Shown here: positions 46,801 to 59,410 of the stretch, piece by piece
Layout: each line of letters opens with the position of its first letter
Numbering within the stretch: position 1 is the stretch's first letter
Assembly: GCA_051294375.1 (NCBI GenBank)
Contig: CM119265.1
Span: 6,705,489 to 6,769,488 of the forward strand
Length of the DNA: 64,000 nt
Reading direction: 5' to 3'
From: Paraspadella gotoi
Lineage: Eukaryota; Animalia; Chaetognatha
The notes under the pieces: model-generated
Databases searched by the model: none
The model's input: the letters and a program-made list of their open reading frames with translations, nothing else
Told to the model about the DNA's origin: nothing
Position numbers and translations under genes: made by a program

Positions 46801-49800
46801 ACGAATGCTATAGTTAAGTCTCCATACAATGGGCAAATTTATTTTGATATAATCTTTAATTGAAATGAACGTATTTCATTCCCGGCATGAAATGTATCTG
46901 TTTGAAAAAGTGAATCCCATTCTGTCTGATGTTCTGAAAAAGGGACAAAACTCCATTTCATAAGTTTCCAACGCAAATTGTAAAAATTTTATTTCAGATT
47001 CTAAAAATGACCGAACGGGAGTTGGGCAACCAAAATTTAGAACCGTTTCTAACCAATACCAATTGAAAGCGACTTACGAGGATAATGGACTAAACTTATC
47101 TTGTAGTGCCTCACACTCGGATTGGACACAGTCTGGGTATATCGTATTTGTTTGTTCAGAAAAATATTTGTAATTTATTAAATTTGACGACCAGATTTCG
47201 TAATATTTTAGAGACACAAATGACAAGATGACTTGTTTTGTTGGAACGCTTAATATTATTTTTAACCCTAAAATTATCTGTGATGAAGAACAAATGTTTC
47301 AGCCGGATGCCAAAGAATTTTATGTTTATTGTGATGTTCTTGCCAACCCATGGACCCAGGTAATCTAAACAAAAAATAAATTTTCAAAGGGTTTTTGTTT
47401 ATAAACATAATTTTTTTTAAACTATGTACAGGTAGAACAGTATACATGGAGAATATTTTTAAATGACTCGTCTCATGGTTTGAAACCTCAGCACCATCCA
47501 AACTTTACTGTAAAAGAGTATTACCTAGTCAGAGAAAGTGGAATACGTACAAGAGTTCATATTATTCCAAGAGAAGTAGCCAGGGATGGACTCAAATTTC
47601 TACTTCAGGTGTGTACATTTTTAGTTGCGCCCCGAGTAGTTTTTATTCACTTTTTGGTAGGTCGGTCTGTTTTTAATATAATTCACTTTGTCGGTCTGTC
47701 CCCTCAATCTTGTTGGGCAATCACAAATATCATTTCAAAATTATTGTTTATAAACAAACTTTTTTTTCTAAATAAAAACGCAATGAAAAGAAAGTCTTAA
47801 CACAATTATATAATAAGTTAATTTATTCTTTAAACGTCAACACAAGATAAGATAAGAAATACATAAGATCTTAATGTTAATTTATGATAGTTCCAAAATA
47901 AAATATACAGAAGGCTTCATATTATAAAATCAGGCACCCGTCTTTTGTGACCAGAATCTGTTCCCACCAAACTACCCAAACGAATTTTATGAAATTTTAC
48001 ATAGTCTTAATGACGATATAAATGAAACTATTGAGGCGAATTTTGATATTCAACCCCTGACAAGAGATGCAGGTTCCTGGGGCTGGACTCCTGGGGGGCC
48101 AAAAAAGGCTAAAAAATTGTTTTTCATTAAAAAAATAAAAATTTAGTAGCATCAGGTGCATTGACGTTTTAAGCATATCATTTTACTAACAATTTTCCCA
48201 AATTATTCCAAATCTGACTTGAACAGCTGATGTTCATGAAGCTGAAAAATAAGGTAAACCAATATTTTTGTGGTAATAAATACCTTTTTGTGGAAGAGTA
48301 AACGTCTTAAAATTTTTTTTAAAATTAGACTATTTTTTTCCCCGAAGGGTGACCCCCAGGGGGCCCATATCACGGTTCAGGGATTAAATATTAAAATTCG
48401 CCTCGATAATTCTATTTGTATTCACATAGGGATCACTCATACAGAATTTCAGTAGTTTTCTCGGAACGTGTTCTGGTCACAAAAAACGGGTATCTCATTC
48501 TATAATATGAATATGTATGAATGAATGTATGAATATGATGAGGAAACTGTGCATGCTGGCGAAACCTATCGGTTCTTTCTAAATATGTATTATAAAAGAA
48601 AAGTAAATGTAGTGCAACAAATTGGTATTGACGTTTATTCTTCTCTAATTATATTATATTCATTGTTCCAAGGTATTTTCAACGAAGGGAAATATGGAAA
48701 AAATGATTATTTTACGTATTCCAAATGAGTTTCCTTTGTTATGGGCTGTAATTGGAGGCGGTTTAGGTTGGTTATTTTGCTTCGTTAACTGTTAAAAAAA
48801 ACTGAGCAATTTTAATGTTTCTTTATTTTCTAGGGGTTGCCCTCGGATTTCTGGTGTGCTTTGTTTGTTGTCTCTGCTGTCGCAAAAGCTCAAACGATGA
48901 TTTCGATAGTAAAAGTGAAAAAGAATTTTATTCCGGGTAAATATTTTAAAATTCCGTGTTGTAAAATGTACATACCATGATGGAAAAAAAAGTGTCGCGG
49001 TTACTTTCTAGTTATTTTTCGGTATTTTAATGTAAGAATCGAAAAATAAAATTTAAATATCAAAAAATTTTAGCCTTTGTGATTCAATAAGCTGTGGCTC
49101 ATTTATGTATGACAAAAAATACAGGAGTTCCATGTAAAAAAAAATGCATTGTCCAAAAAAATGTTTCCTTTATTTTTATCTTTTTTATATTTATATTTTT
49201 TATTTATATTCATTTCCGGTTTTTTTTATTACTTATTGAGTTTAACCAATACCATTAAAAATCCCTGCCTTTTCTCAGTCTTATGTCAAATGGTTATTGC
49301 ATTATCTCCATTAAAATAGATTCAGGGATGAATCTGAAGTCATATGTCAAAAAAAGAGCAATATTAAAAATACATTAATGCTGTAAATATTACAGAATAT
49401 TATTTTTAAATTGTGAAGTATCAATAAAAGTTATAAGGTTCCGGGTAACCTTTCTGTAAGCAAAGTTATCATTTTTATTTACTTTTAGATGTATTATCAG
49501 AATCAAGTATCAAACAAGTCCAAAAATAAAAAAATAAAGATTTTGTTGAAGTAAAAAACAATGAATTATTACATTATGCAGCAATAACTCTAGTTTGGTT
49601 TACTTTATAAAGGATTAATCTTTTTCACTGCTTGCTAAGGACCATTTTTTGTCCCAAATCTGATGAAAAATATCATATCAGATATATAATTTTAACAATA
49701 ATATGAGTAGTTCTCTTAATAAAAAAAAAATGAAAATAGTTAGAGACAACCTCTTTTGAAAGTATTTGAATGCATTGAATAATTTAATGCTGTTGAGAAA

Positions 49801-52800
49801 TAATCATTTTATTCAGTCTTAGGGAGGCCATATTACTTATTAAAACTTATTTATTAGCCAAAAAATATATTTGACAATAAAATTAACTGGCTTTTCCAAA
49901 CCGCTACACTTTTTTTTTTTCAACATGGTAACAGTTAGTCGCCAACTCTCCATCAACGGTCTTGCCGAAAGTTTGGCACTTAGGCCGATTGAAAGTTTTT
50001 GCGAACGTATTCATTCGGTTAATATGCATTATGCAATATCCAGTTAAATGTAACGCATTCGGGGAGATTCTGATTGCGTTATTTCTAATCGCTATCATTA
50101 CTTATTGCTTAATTTCCATTTTTTTATCAGGGAAACGGAACAAGATGGAAGAAATGCCTATGGCCTGCAGCCCCTTTCCGATAAAAATTCCAAACGCGGA
50201 AGAAATGCTCATTGGGATAATGAACATAGCGCGAGATTAGGTATTTAAAAATAATTATTTATTACCCTGAATTCTAATTAAAAAAGTTTAGAAAACATTA
50301 ACATTTTTATTATTTATACCTATTATTACATTAAAGCTGCAAACTTACTTAAATTACTTTTCATTTTACTTTTAAACTTAAAGAGATTAAGTTAGAAAAA
50401 TTGCTAAAATTTTGACCATGTTAAGATTCTTCAAATGTTCAATTTTTTCTACAGCACGTGATTCTCGAAAAATTGTCCTGACCCATCCAATCGAAGTTGA
50501 GAGTGATCAGACTTCCGTGGCCTTGCATGATACGCCGCCAAACGTAAAGCAACACAAACGCATCAAATCTAAACAACACGTTGACAACAACAATAAAAGC
50601 CTCAGTCGCGCGTTAATTCATGCCGACGATCGAAAGTCCACCACTTGTGACGCTGGACACACTCCGAGAAACGACAGAAAACGGCGAGAAAGGCGGCACA
50701 AAGACGCTGGTGGAGGTACAAACTGCTATTTAATTCTGCACGAGTCGTGCAATAGGGTGGAGTAATGAAAAGATTGAGTGATTGGACATTATTTTTTTGC
50801 TGCCTATGGACATGTAATTAACGAATTTTAAAAAGTTTTTAAAAAATTTTAGCATAACTGTATAGTAAATTCAATTATTTATGTCGTAATATCCTTCTAA
50901 AATTATTAAATTTCAAAATGATTTTTTTATATTTAAGAACCGATTTGCATTATATAATATTTTAATGTTTGATTGCAAAAAGTTTATACTACAGAGAATA
51001 AAAAAAATCATAAATTTTTACCTTTCCCCCCCGTTTTGAAAGCTGAAGATGATAGAATTTTATATTTTTGATTCAACTTTTTATGAAGAATCTGAATCTT
51101 TAATAAAAGTTTAAAAAAAAAATTCTTATTTCATAAGAATATTATTCCAAACATATTGTATTTTACTCTATACTCTATACATGGTCTATTTTCGGTAGTC
51201 CTAGTTAGCTTTTATATGCTTATAATTCCGGTAATATTTCATCAATAAAGTTCATATTTGGTAAGAAGGTAAGGTATTATACTTATGAAAGCGATCAAAT
51301 GACGGCATAATTCACAGAATATTGTCATTTTAGTTGATAGACTTGGTAGACTGGTCACTACTTATAAGGGACTACGCAGAACTATGGACACGTGATCACA
51401 AAATGCGGCTTATTTCGTGTAATAGTTGGTTTAGTTGAATTTTTGCAGATAAATTATAAACCATAGGATTTCAGTCGCATATATATTTCATAATTATGTA
51501 ATAACGTTATTACACGCGATGAGAAAGTTACTGCGGCGCATCATATTCTTAAAAGAAACCATTTTTGGAATTAAAACTGCGATCTTCGAATTATTACTCT
51601 AAGTAAATTCCGAGTTTCCCTAATATTCTTAAGTTTTTTTTCCCTAGGTCTCGGTTCTCAGGAGCGCCGAAGTATGGAAACCTTGGACATTGACGAACCA
51701 GATTCTCTTGAATTAGCCTTAGATCAAAGTCTTGAGTTTCGAAAGCGTTCAAGCCACAGAGGTGAGAGCACAGAGTTTGTTAAAAATTGTAAAAATTTTA
51801 AGAAGAATAATTTTTTACAGACCCCAACCTGCCTCTTAGCTTTAGCTTAACTAATTTTGGCATTTTTAGCCAGAATCAAGTTTATAATTAAAAAAATAGG
51901 TAAGGTTTTTCCTTTTTTGGGGGTATTAATTAATACTTTATCCAGGAAAAACTTTGACTTTTTTTTATATAATATATATAATACAAATTAATGACAACAT
52001 TTTTACAATTTTAGTTTTTGCTTCTTAATCATAAAAAATAATTTTGTCAGCTCTATATTTGACAATACGAGATAAGACATTTAAATTTGGCCGGAGTGAA
52101 AGTTAAATTCCTTTACCAAAGCAAATGTCTGATAGAATTATTGTTATTGAAGAGACAGTAATTATTGTTGTGTTAGTGACAGAACCGTCCCTGAGCTTCT
52201 GATCAGGCTGTAACACCGTGTTACAGGCGGGTTAAGCGCCCCGTCCCTCTTAACTGCTAGGCGACCACCGGGCTAGAACCCCGGACCTTTGGGTTGGGAG
52301 GCGAATGACTTGCCTCCTGCACCAATGGCCGCTAATGAACGGTTGGTGGATTTTGGTCCACCATTTTATCAATTTCTTTCTTTATTAACAAGTTTGAGCA
52401 AACAATGTCAGATCTGCTTACGATAATTAAACGGTAATCTGCTAATCAGATGATAAATCACGATAATTCTTTCAATTTGTGATCCTAACTGATCATAACA
52501 GATCGTACCATACCAAACCAGTATCTGCGCCAATACATGTAAATCGCTTGCAAAGGATTAAACTGAACTGTTACTAGTACTGTTACCAGTTACTGTTACT
52601 ATTTTGATTAGTATTTCTTTTCAACTTGAATCATTTTTCAACACGCATTTTTTCAACTCGCATTTTTTCAACTCGTATCATTTATTCAATTTGCATAATT
52701 TTTTTCAAATCCCATATTTTTATCGTCGCAATCGCTTTGCGTTTGCGATGATATTGCTGTGGTTTTGTACATAAGTGGCTGGCTCTGCAGGGGCTCTTTC

Positions 52801-55800
52801 TTTTTCTCTCTTTTCTCCTGCTGCTGCTGCTGCCTTTTGATTTCTTTTTTTTTCTCTTTCTCTCTCTCTGCGTTTTTATTAAAAAAAATGAATTAGGATT
52901 AAACTCATAAAATTAGGCATTGCATTCGTGCATGTTATCATTTTGCTATCGCAACATCGTGTTTTTATTTCATTTTTTTTTCTCAGGGGCTGCGTCTGCT
53001 GAACAGTTTATTTTTTGACAATGGATTTTTTTTTTTTTTTCAGAAACTGTAACTTTAATTATCCTCGGTACTTTATTTTTTTTTAATTGACAATCGCAAA
53101 ATAGAATTTTTTTTGTTTATAAATTATTTTTTTTTTTTCCAATTTTATTTTTTTTAGTATCAAAATTTGTCGTCAATCCAGATTTTCTTATGCGATTGCG
53201 ACGATCCTAATGCTTTTAAGATTTTCAATTGGCTTCATTTTTTCAACTCGCATCATTTTTTTAAATTTGCTTCATTTTTTTATTAGCATTTTTTAAATTT
53301 CCATCAATTTTTCAACTTGCATCATTTTTCAACTTGCAAATTTTTTCAACTTGCATAATTTTTTCAACTTGCATCATTTTTTTAATTTCCATTATTTTTT
53401 TAACTTGCGTCATTTTTTCAACACGCAATCAATGAATCAATCATTTTATCTGAGAAGAGAGCAGAGAGAGAGAAACTTAAAACATCTTCAAGTGAATATT
53501 CCTTTTTTCCATTTCCGCTCGCAAGATTCCATTGAAACTTTATATCTTGCTAAATCACACACCTTCCTACCCACACACAAAATTTCATCTTAATCTATGC
53601 ATCCAATTATGATTAATTCGAGTAATCATGGGTTGAAATTAGTAAAAAGATTTAAGTAAATGTGACTTATGAAATTTCTATTTAAACTCATTTCTACTTG
53701 TACAATTCCATTGAAACTTTATATCCCGCTTTATCACACACGTTCCTACCCACACACAAAATATACTCTCAAACTATCCATCCAATTAGGATTAATTCGA
53801 GTTATCATGGGTGAAAATTAGTAAAAATATTTAAGTAAATGTCACTTATGTTTTTTTAATTTTAACTCATTTCCACTCGCACGATTCCATCGAAACTTTA
53901 TATCCAGCTCAATCACACACTTTTCTAACCACACACAAAATTTCATTCCAATCCAACCATCCAATCACGAGTAATTGGAGTTTTTGCTAAGGGGGGACGG
54001 ACAGACGGACATCATTTTTTTACATAATTTATCAGAAGTTTGAAATTAATTTTCAACAACGGTTTATTTCAATAAAAACGGACATGTTTCGGCTTAGCTA
54101 CAAGCCTTCATCAACTTTAAAAAAGAGTTAGTGAATTTGAAACAAATTATGTGCATAAAGAAAAGAGTGAGAGAGAGAGAGAATGGGCAAAGTTTCCAAC
54201 ACAGAGTCGAGAAAGGACAGTGGTAATTTATCATAATTTAGGGGGGGACCCACACTGCCTAATTTTTCAAAAAGACCTCCAGGTAAACGCCCTGCTCCTT
54301 CCTCCGTCCGCCTATCTCCGGACCGCCAAAGTGGATTATAGAGTCGGGATCTGCTGATCCGACTAAAAATTTTTTTTCTCTATTGCATTCATTAGTCGTT
54401 TTTGCCAATAAGCCTACTTTTAGAATCATTATTTTAAATACGTGGTGATTTAAGTGATTACTTACCCACCACGGATCAGAAACTAATAGAGAAAGAGAAA
54501 AGTTTGAGGCGACTTACTTAATATAGGCATTCTAGTGAACCTGGTTTTTCCCTTCGGTGTAGTCATAATTTGTTATCCTCGCTTATGCAATACCCTAACT
54601 TTCTGTTTTCGTTTTTTTTTTTAGAGTAGACCTTAGATATTTTGATATTTTGTGCGAATTATTGCATGAACTGAGAGGTTTCGATAAATGATTAATGATT
54701 GTTAGGAATTGAAACGCGTGGAGCACCTCCGCCTCCTCCGCCTCGACCACGTTCAATGTTAGATACGTCTGGTCTTTCTTCCATGAACAGTCCTTCTTCA
54801 CACAGCCACGACAGTTTATTAAAATTAAATATGGAGAGCGTCCAGGAAGAACTAAAGAAAAAGCTAACTTCACCTAACGAAGCTCCAAAATCTCTTGGTA
54901 AGATTTTCATCTTACAATCTTAACATATTAAGTATAATAAGGATCCGATCATAGATTTTGTTCTTGACATAATTTTATTAAAGGATGAAAAACAAATCGT
55001 TGCATTTTTTTACTATCGTTCATAATTTAATGATCATTGACGATCTCGGATCGTCGATCGAAATCAATCTTTGTAAATAAAAAGATTATAAAGATGAACT
55101 TAGTCGCGACATAATTCTTTATTCAGATGATACTACCTACGCCCCGACGACTCTAATACCTCCACCTCTCATTGTGGACGCTGAAATAACTCCAACTCCC
55201 CACGATATTATTGCTCCAACTCCAGTGCATCGTTCTTTGGGTTCGACTTCAAGTAACCTTTATAAATGTTTGTGAAAATTTCAAGATAGTTGTTTTACTA
55301 TATTAAACTAAATTTTATTCAGTTTTTAGTCGGATCTGTTTTCAGCAGATCCCGACTCTATAATTCACTTTGTCGGTCCGTCGGTCCGCCCCCTCAATCT
55401 TGTCGGGCATTCACTTATATCATGTCCGAACATCAAATTATGATAAATTATGCAAAAAAAACAATGTCCGTCCATCTGTCTGTGTCCGTCCGTCCATCCC
55501 AACTTAGCAAAAAACACCAATTACTCGTGATTGGATGGATGGATTGGAATGAAATTTTGTGTGTGGGTAGGGAAGTGTGTGATTGAAGTTTCGATGGAAT
55601 CGTACAAGTGGAAATTAGTTTAATTTGAAAAAAACAAAGAAATATATTTCACTGGAACTGGAAATCAAGTTTCGATGGAATCGTTTGAGTGGAAATGAGT
55701 TTAAATTGAGAAAACAAAGAACCTGTTTCACTAATTGATTATGCTTCTTTTTCTTTTTATTTTAAATATAAATGAAAGATGTATTAATTAATCAAATAAT

Positions 55801-56507
55801 TAATCAGTTAATTAATCAATTAGTCAATTAATTAATAATTAATTAATCAGTCAATCAATCAATCAAAACCAACATTTTGGAACAATATTAATTAATTGCC
55901 TAATTAATTAAATAATTAACTTGAATAAATTTATTAATTAATTACCGATAATGATCGTGGGCAGATCCGACATTGTTTGATCAAAGTTGTTATTTATTTC
56001 CTTAATTTAAAAAAAAAAAATATATATTTTACATAATTTTAATTTAGTTAATTTCAGTTTTTGTTTTTTTTCTTAGTACCATGTCATACTGGAGACGAGT
56101 CCCACGAAATGCCGAACCAGAAATATCGTTTGGTCGACAAATACTTCCCGCCTCCAAAGCCTGATCTACTCGACACTCCAGCATCTAAAACCTCCTACGA
56201 AACATCGCCACCGTCTAAACATCCTCTTTATAATGTCCCCCCATCCTCGGCCTTTACTCCAGTTCCCAATTTTTCGAGTTCGACTTCAAGTCCGATGAAG
56301 AAGTTGGCTTCATCACGAAATTATGCGCCCAAGGGGCCTGCACCTCCTATCCCTCATCATAAAAGCGCCTTTCATCCTCCGCTGTCTCTGGGATACCAGG
56401 GTGATCATCCCGAGCATCCCACTCCTACGCCGGTTTCATTCAGCCCTCAAATGAGCATCAGTTCGGGATATGCCAGTAAAGCTGGATCATACCAATCTGA
56501 ATGTTAA
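43848..56507 (+). CDS. Type I membrane protein with three Ig-like domains (nectin/CADM/Kirre-like layout) and a long Pro-rich cytoplasmic tail
   Basis: Signal exon MIFITIFLLGNMVPITYT (43848-43902). Ig1: FKCP..IAWMK..LNIKRTDLSDADIYQC. Ig2: FFSCSVRSSGP..LYW..EDNGLNLSCSASH. Ig3: YCDVLANP..YTW. TM: LLWAVIGGGVALGFLVCFVCCLCC. Tail exons near 50131, 50455, 51648, 54706, 55127 and 56077 are frame-compatible; ends YQSEC*. Confidence 0.85.
45505..45725 (-). mobile_element. tRNA-headed SINE, family 2, containing a permuted twister-like ribozyme at 45598-45674
   Basis: B-box GGTTCAATCCC, then CGGG-AA-TC-GT-GA-GGA-CG-AC-CG-TAA-GC-C-GC-CTTGGGGG(CATGGAAAA)CCCTCAAG-CCTGG-T-TCC-AA-GC-CCAAG-A-CCCG; tail ...TAGCGCCTTATCCACAAATAC. 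Confidence 0.75.
46248..46328 (+). mobile_element. tRNA-derived head of SINE family 2 (3'-truncated)
   Basis: A-box TGGCTCATTGAG, B-box GGTTCAATTCC; homologous to the minus copy at 45670-45725; ends at CAGCGGGAA, the start of the twister. Confidence 0.7.
47906..48517. mobile_element. Tc1/mariner-like MITE
   Basis: TA-CAGAAG start and ~45-bp imperfect TIRs (TTCATATTATA..ACCCGT.TTTTGTGACCAGAA). Relatives at 59411-60985 and about 21080-21428. Confidence 0.7.
52148..52363 (-). mobile_element. SINE-like family 1, copy C, with a complete tRNA head and twister-like motif at 52187-52258
   Basis: Acceptor stem GCGGCCA/TGGTCGC, A-box TGGTGCAGGAGG, T-arm region CCGGG-GTTCTAG-CCCGG. TAA is intact, but T1 CCG>CAG and the 3' P5 strand is deleted. 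Confidence 0.85.
52386..54367 (-). mobile_element. Helentron-type element H1 with a nested second family (about 52716-53225) and a Penelope-like fragment
   Basis: Same termini as 38548-39786 in reverse. The nested element has ATCGTCGCAATCGC / GCGATTGCGACGAT subterminal repeats. Confidence 0.75.
54075..54118 (-). ncRNA. Penelope-type minimal hammerhead variant
   Basis: Minus strand TTGATGA-AGGCTT-GTAGCT-AAGCC-GAAAC-ATGTC-CGT; same stem II and III as the 36989 copy; C3U change and weak stem I. Confidence 0.6.
55326..55991 (+). mobile_element. Helentron-type element H1 (short copy)
   Basis: Same 5' AGTCGGATCTG/CAGATCCCGACT, GTCC microsatellite and 3' GCAGATCCGAC plus hairpin. Confidence 0.8.
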
Positions 56508-57126
56508 AATGTCACTAATAACCATTAACCATTCCTTTTGGAAATTGTAGTTAAAAACACTAGTTGTATCAACGGACCAAACCTGCTTGATTCTTTGAAT
56601 AAAGAGGTAAAGGTTTAAAAACTAAATGGAAAATAATAAATATTAATTCATTTACATACTTAAAGTTCCCTGTTTAAATATCCGTTTGCCATCGAATGGG
56701 GGGCCAAAAAATGATACAACTATTTGAAGATAGTGCAGGCCGCTCATATTTTTGCATATCAAAATTTATTCCCTCCTTCGAAATCATTTTTGCCTTCAAC
56801 ATTATTGGTTATATCTTGCCACGTATAAAAGGCAGCATAACGTTTCATAAATTTTATCTATTTTACATCATTCTAGATTCGACTCATAAACTAACAATTG
56901 TGACTTAAAAATAAGCAGCAGCAAAATATTAAATTTATTTACTAAAAATATGTACCACGCGTTTAAAATCTAGTGTCCAGAATAAACTTACTCGTAGACT
57001 CAGTAGAAATTTTAGTATTAGAATTAGCCAATGAGAGCGATGTCATGAACATAAATTTTTGCCACAATTTTCATTAAATGTTTAAATTAAAAACCAATTA
57101 GCAATAATTGTTTCTTTTTGGTGCAT

Positions 57127-59110
57127 TTTTATCTCGCCAGGCGGGCTTAAGCCCGTCTTGGGCATAGATAACCATTTAGTAATGCTTCTTTGTGCCATCG
57201 TCGTTACACTGTTTTAACATTGAAAATAGCTCAAGTGTGTGATTATAAGAAGCTTAAAATTTCCTTAGGGTTTTTCATCATTGAGGTCTTTTAAATTGTT
57301 ATGTTTCATATTCCTCCACTTATTTTTGTTTTGTTTACAAAACAATTTTAATATTATATATTTAGACGAGTTTAGTTTTGCAGCGGCTGTCCAGCTCTTA
57401 ATTATATGTCGCTCTCTTTTTTTCCATTGCTTCTTCTTCTGATTCGTCTAAAAACAAGTTAAGCTTTGCAGCGGCTGTCCAGCTTCTCTTTCTTTTTTTC
57501 TTTTTCTTTTTTTTTCTTTCACTTGTACACGTATGTTTGTTTTATTTACGATAAATGACTCGTATTAATGAATGCTTATCATGCAGCAATGAATGACTAT
57601 CATCGCAGCAATGAATGACTATCATCGCAGCAATGAATGACTATCATCGCAGCAATGAATGACTATCATCGCAGCAATGAATGACTATCATCGCAGCAAT
57701 GAATGACTATCATCGCAGCAATGAATGACTATCATCGCAGCAATGAATGACTATCATCGCAGCAATGAATGACTATCATCGCAGCAATGAATGACTATCA
57801 TCGCAGCAATGAATGACTATCATCGCAGCAATGAATGACTATCATCGCAGCAATGAATGACTATCATCGCAGCAATGAATGACTATCATCGCAGCAATGA
57901 ATGACTATCATCGCAGCAATGAATGACTATCATCGCAGCAATGAATGACTATCATCGCAGCAATGAATGACTATCATCGCAGCAATGAATGACTATCATC
58001 GCAGCAATGAATGACTATCATCGCAGCAATGAATGACTATCATCGCAGCAATGAATGACTATCATCGCAGCAATGAATGACTATCATCGCAGCAATGAAT
58101 GACTATCATCGCAGCAATGAATGACTATCATCGCAGCAATGAATGACTATCATCGCAGCAATGAATGACTATCATCGCAGCAATGAATGACTATCATCGC
58201 AGCAATGAATGACTATCATCGCAGCAATGAATGACTATCATCGCAGCAATGAATGATGACTATCATCGCAGCAATGAATGACTATCATCGCAGCAATGAA
58301 TGACTATCATCGCAGCAATGAATGACTATCATCGCAGCAATGAATGACTATCATCGCAGCAATGAATGACTATCATCGCAGCATGAATGACTATATCGCA
58401 GCAATGAATGACTATCATCGCAGCAATGAATGACTATCATCGCAGCAATGAATGCATCCATCATTTAGTTATCATTTAGTTATCATTGCATCCATCATTT
58501 AGTTATCATTGCATCCATCATTTAGTTATCATTGCATCCATCATTTAGTTATCATTGCATCCATCATTTAGTTATCATTGCATCCATCATTTAGTTATCA
58601 TTGCATCCATCATTTAGTTATCATTGCATCCATCATTTAGTTATCATTGCATCCATCATTTAGTTATCATTGCATCCATCATTTGGTTATTATCCCATCA
58701 ATAATCAATTATTATTACATCAATTAATTCTTATTACATCAATAATCAATTATTATTACATCAATTAATTCTTATTACATCAATTAATTCTTATTACATC
58801 AATTTATTATTATTATATCAATCTATTATTATTATTATTATATCAATATATTATTCTATTATTATATCAATCTATTATTATTATTATCAATCTATTATTA
58901 TTATTATTATATCGATCTATTATTATTATTATTATATCGATCTATTATTATTATTATTATATCGATGCTATTATTATTATTATTATATCGATCTATTATT
59001 ATTATTATATCAATAATTTATCGTATCAATCAATTTTTTTTTTTTGCTGATTTTTTTATTAATTTTCTTTGATAGTAACGTCTGGCAAGATCACTATACT
59101 TTTAAGATTT
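57127..59110 (+). mobile_element. Helentron-type element H2 with expanded internal satellites
   Basis: 5' TTATCTCGCCAG plus GCGGGC-TTAA-GCCCGT hairpin; 3' CTGGCAAGAT...CTTTTAAGATTT. Confidence 0.7.
57585..58685. repeat. Tandem arrays: about 39 x 22 bp (GCAATGAATGACTATCATCGCA), then about 10 x 23 bp (GCATCCATCATTTAGTTATCATT)
   Basis: Directly visible and near-perfect; copy numbers estimated from array length. Confidence 0.95.
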
Positions 59111-59410
59111 TTTTCTACGCATCTTTTCTATTTTTGTTTTGGTGTTACTTTTTTAACAAGTCGTTTTACTATTATTAGCAAATAACTGAAGTATTTATCT
59201 AAAAGGTTGGCATTTTCTTTTTGTACTAATGAAGCTCGGACCATGGATGAATGTGGCCGCTTTATTTTATTGAGCTAATTTTGTTGTCCAACCGATGTCG
59301 ATATTTTTAACAAATATTTATTTACGTGCGGAATTTTGTAAAGAATAATTTTTACATTTTATAAATATTTCGAGCCCTTTTTGATTCTGAAGTAAAACTT
59401 AGATAGCTAC

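Noticed and set aside
57585-58452. Regular short repeat array that could be taken for CRISPR
   Set aside because: Head-to-tail identical units with no unique spacers, eukaryotic context and no cas genes; it is a satellite.
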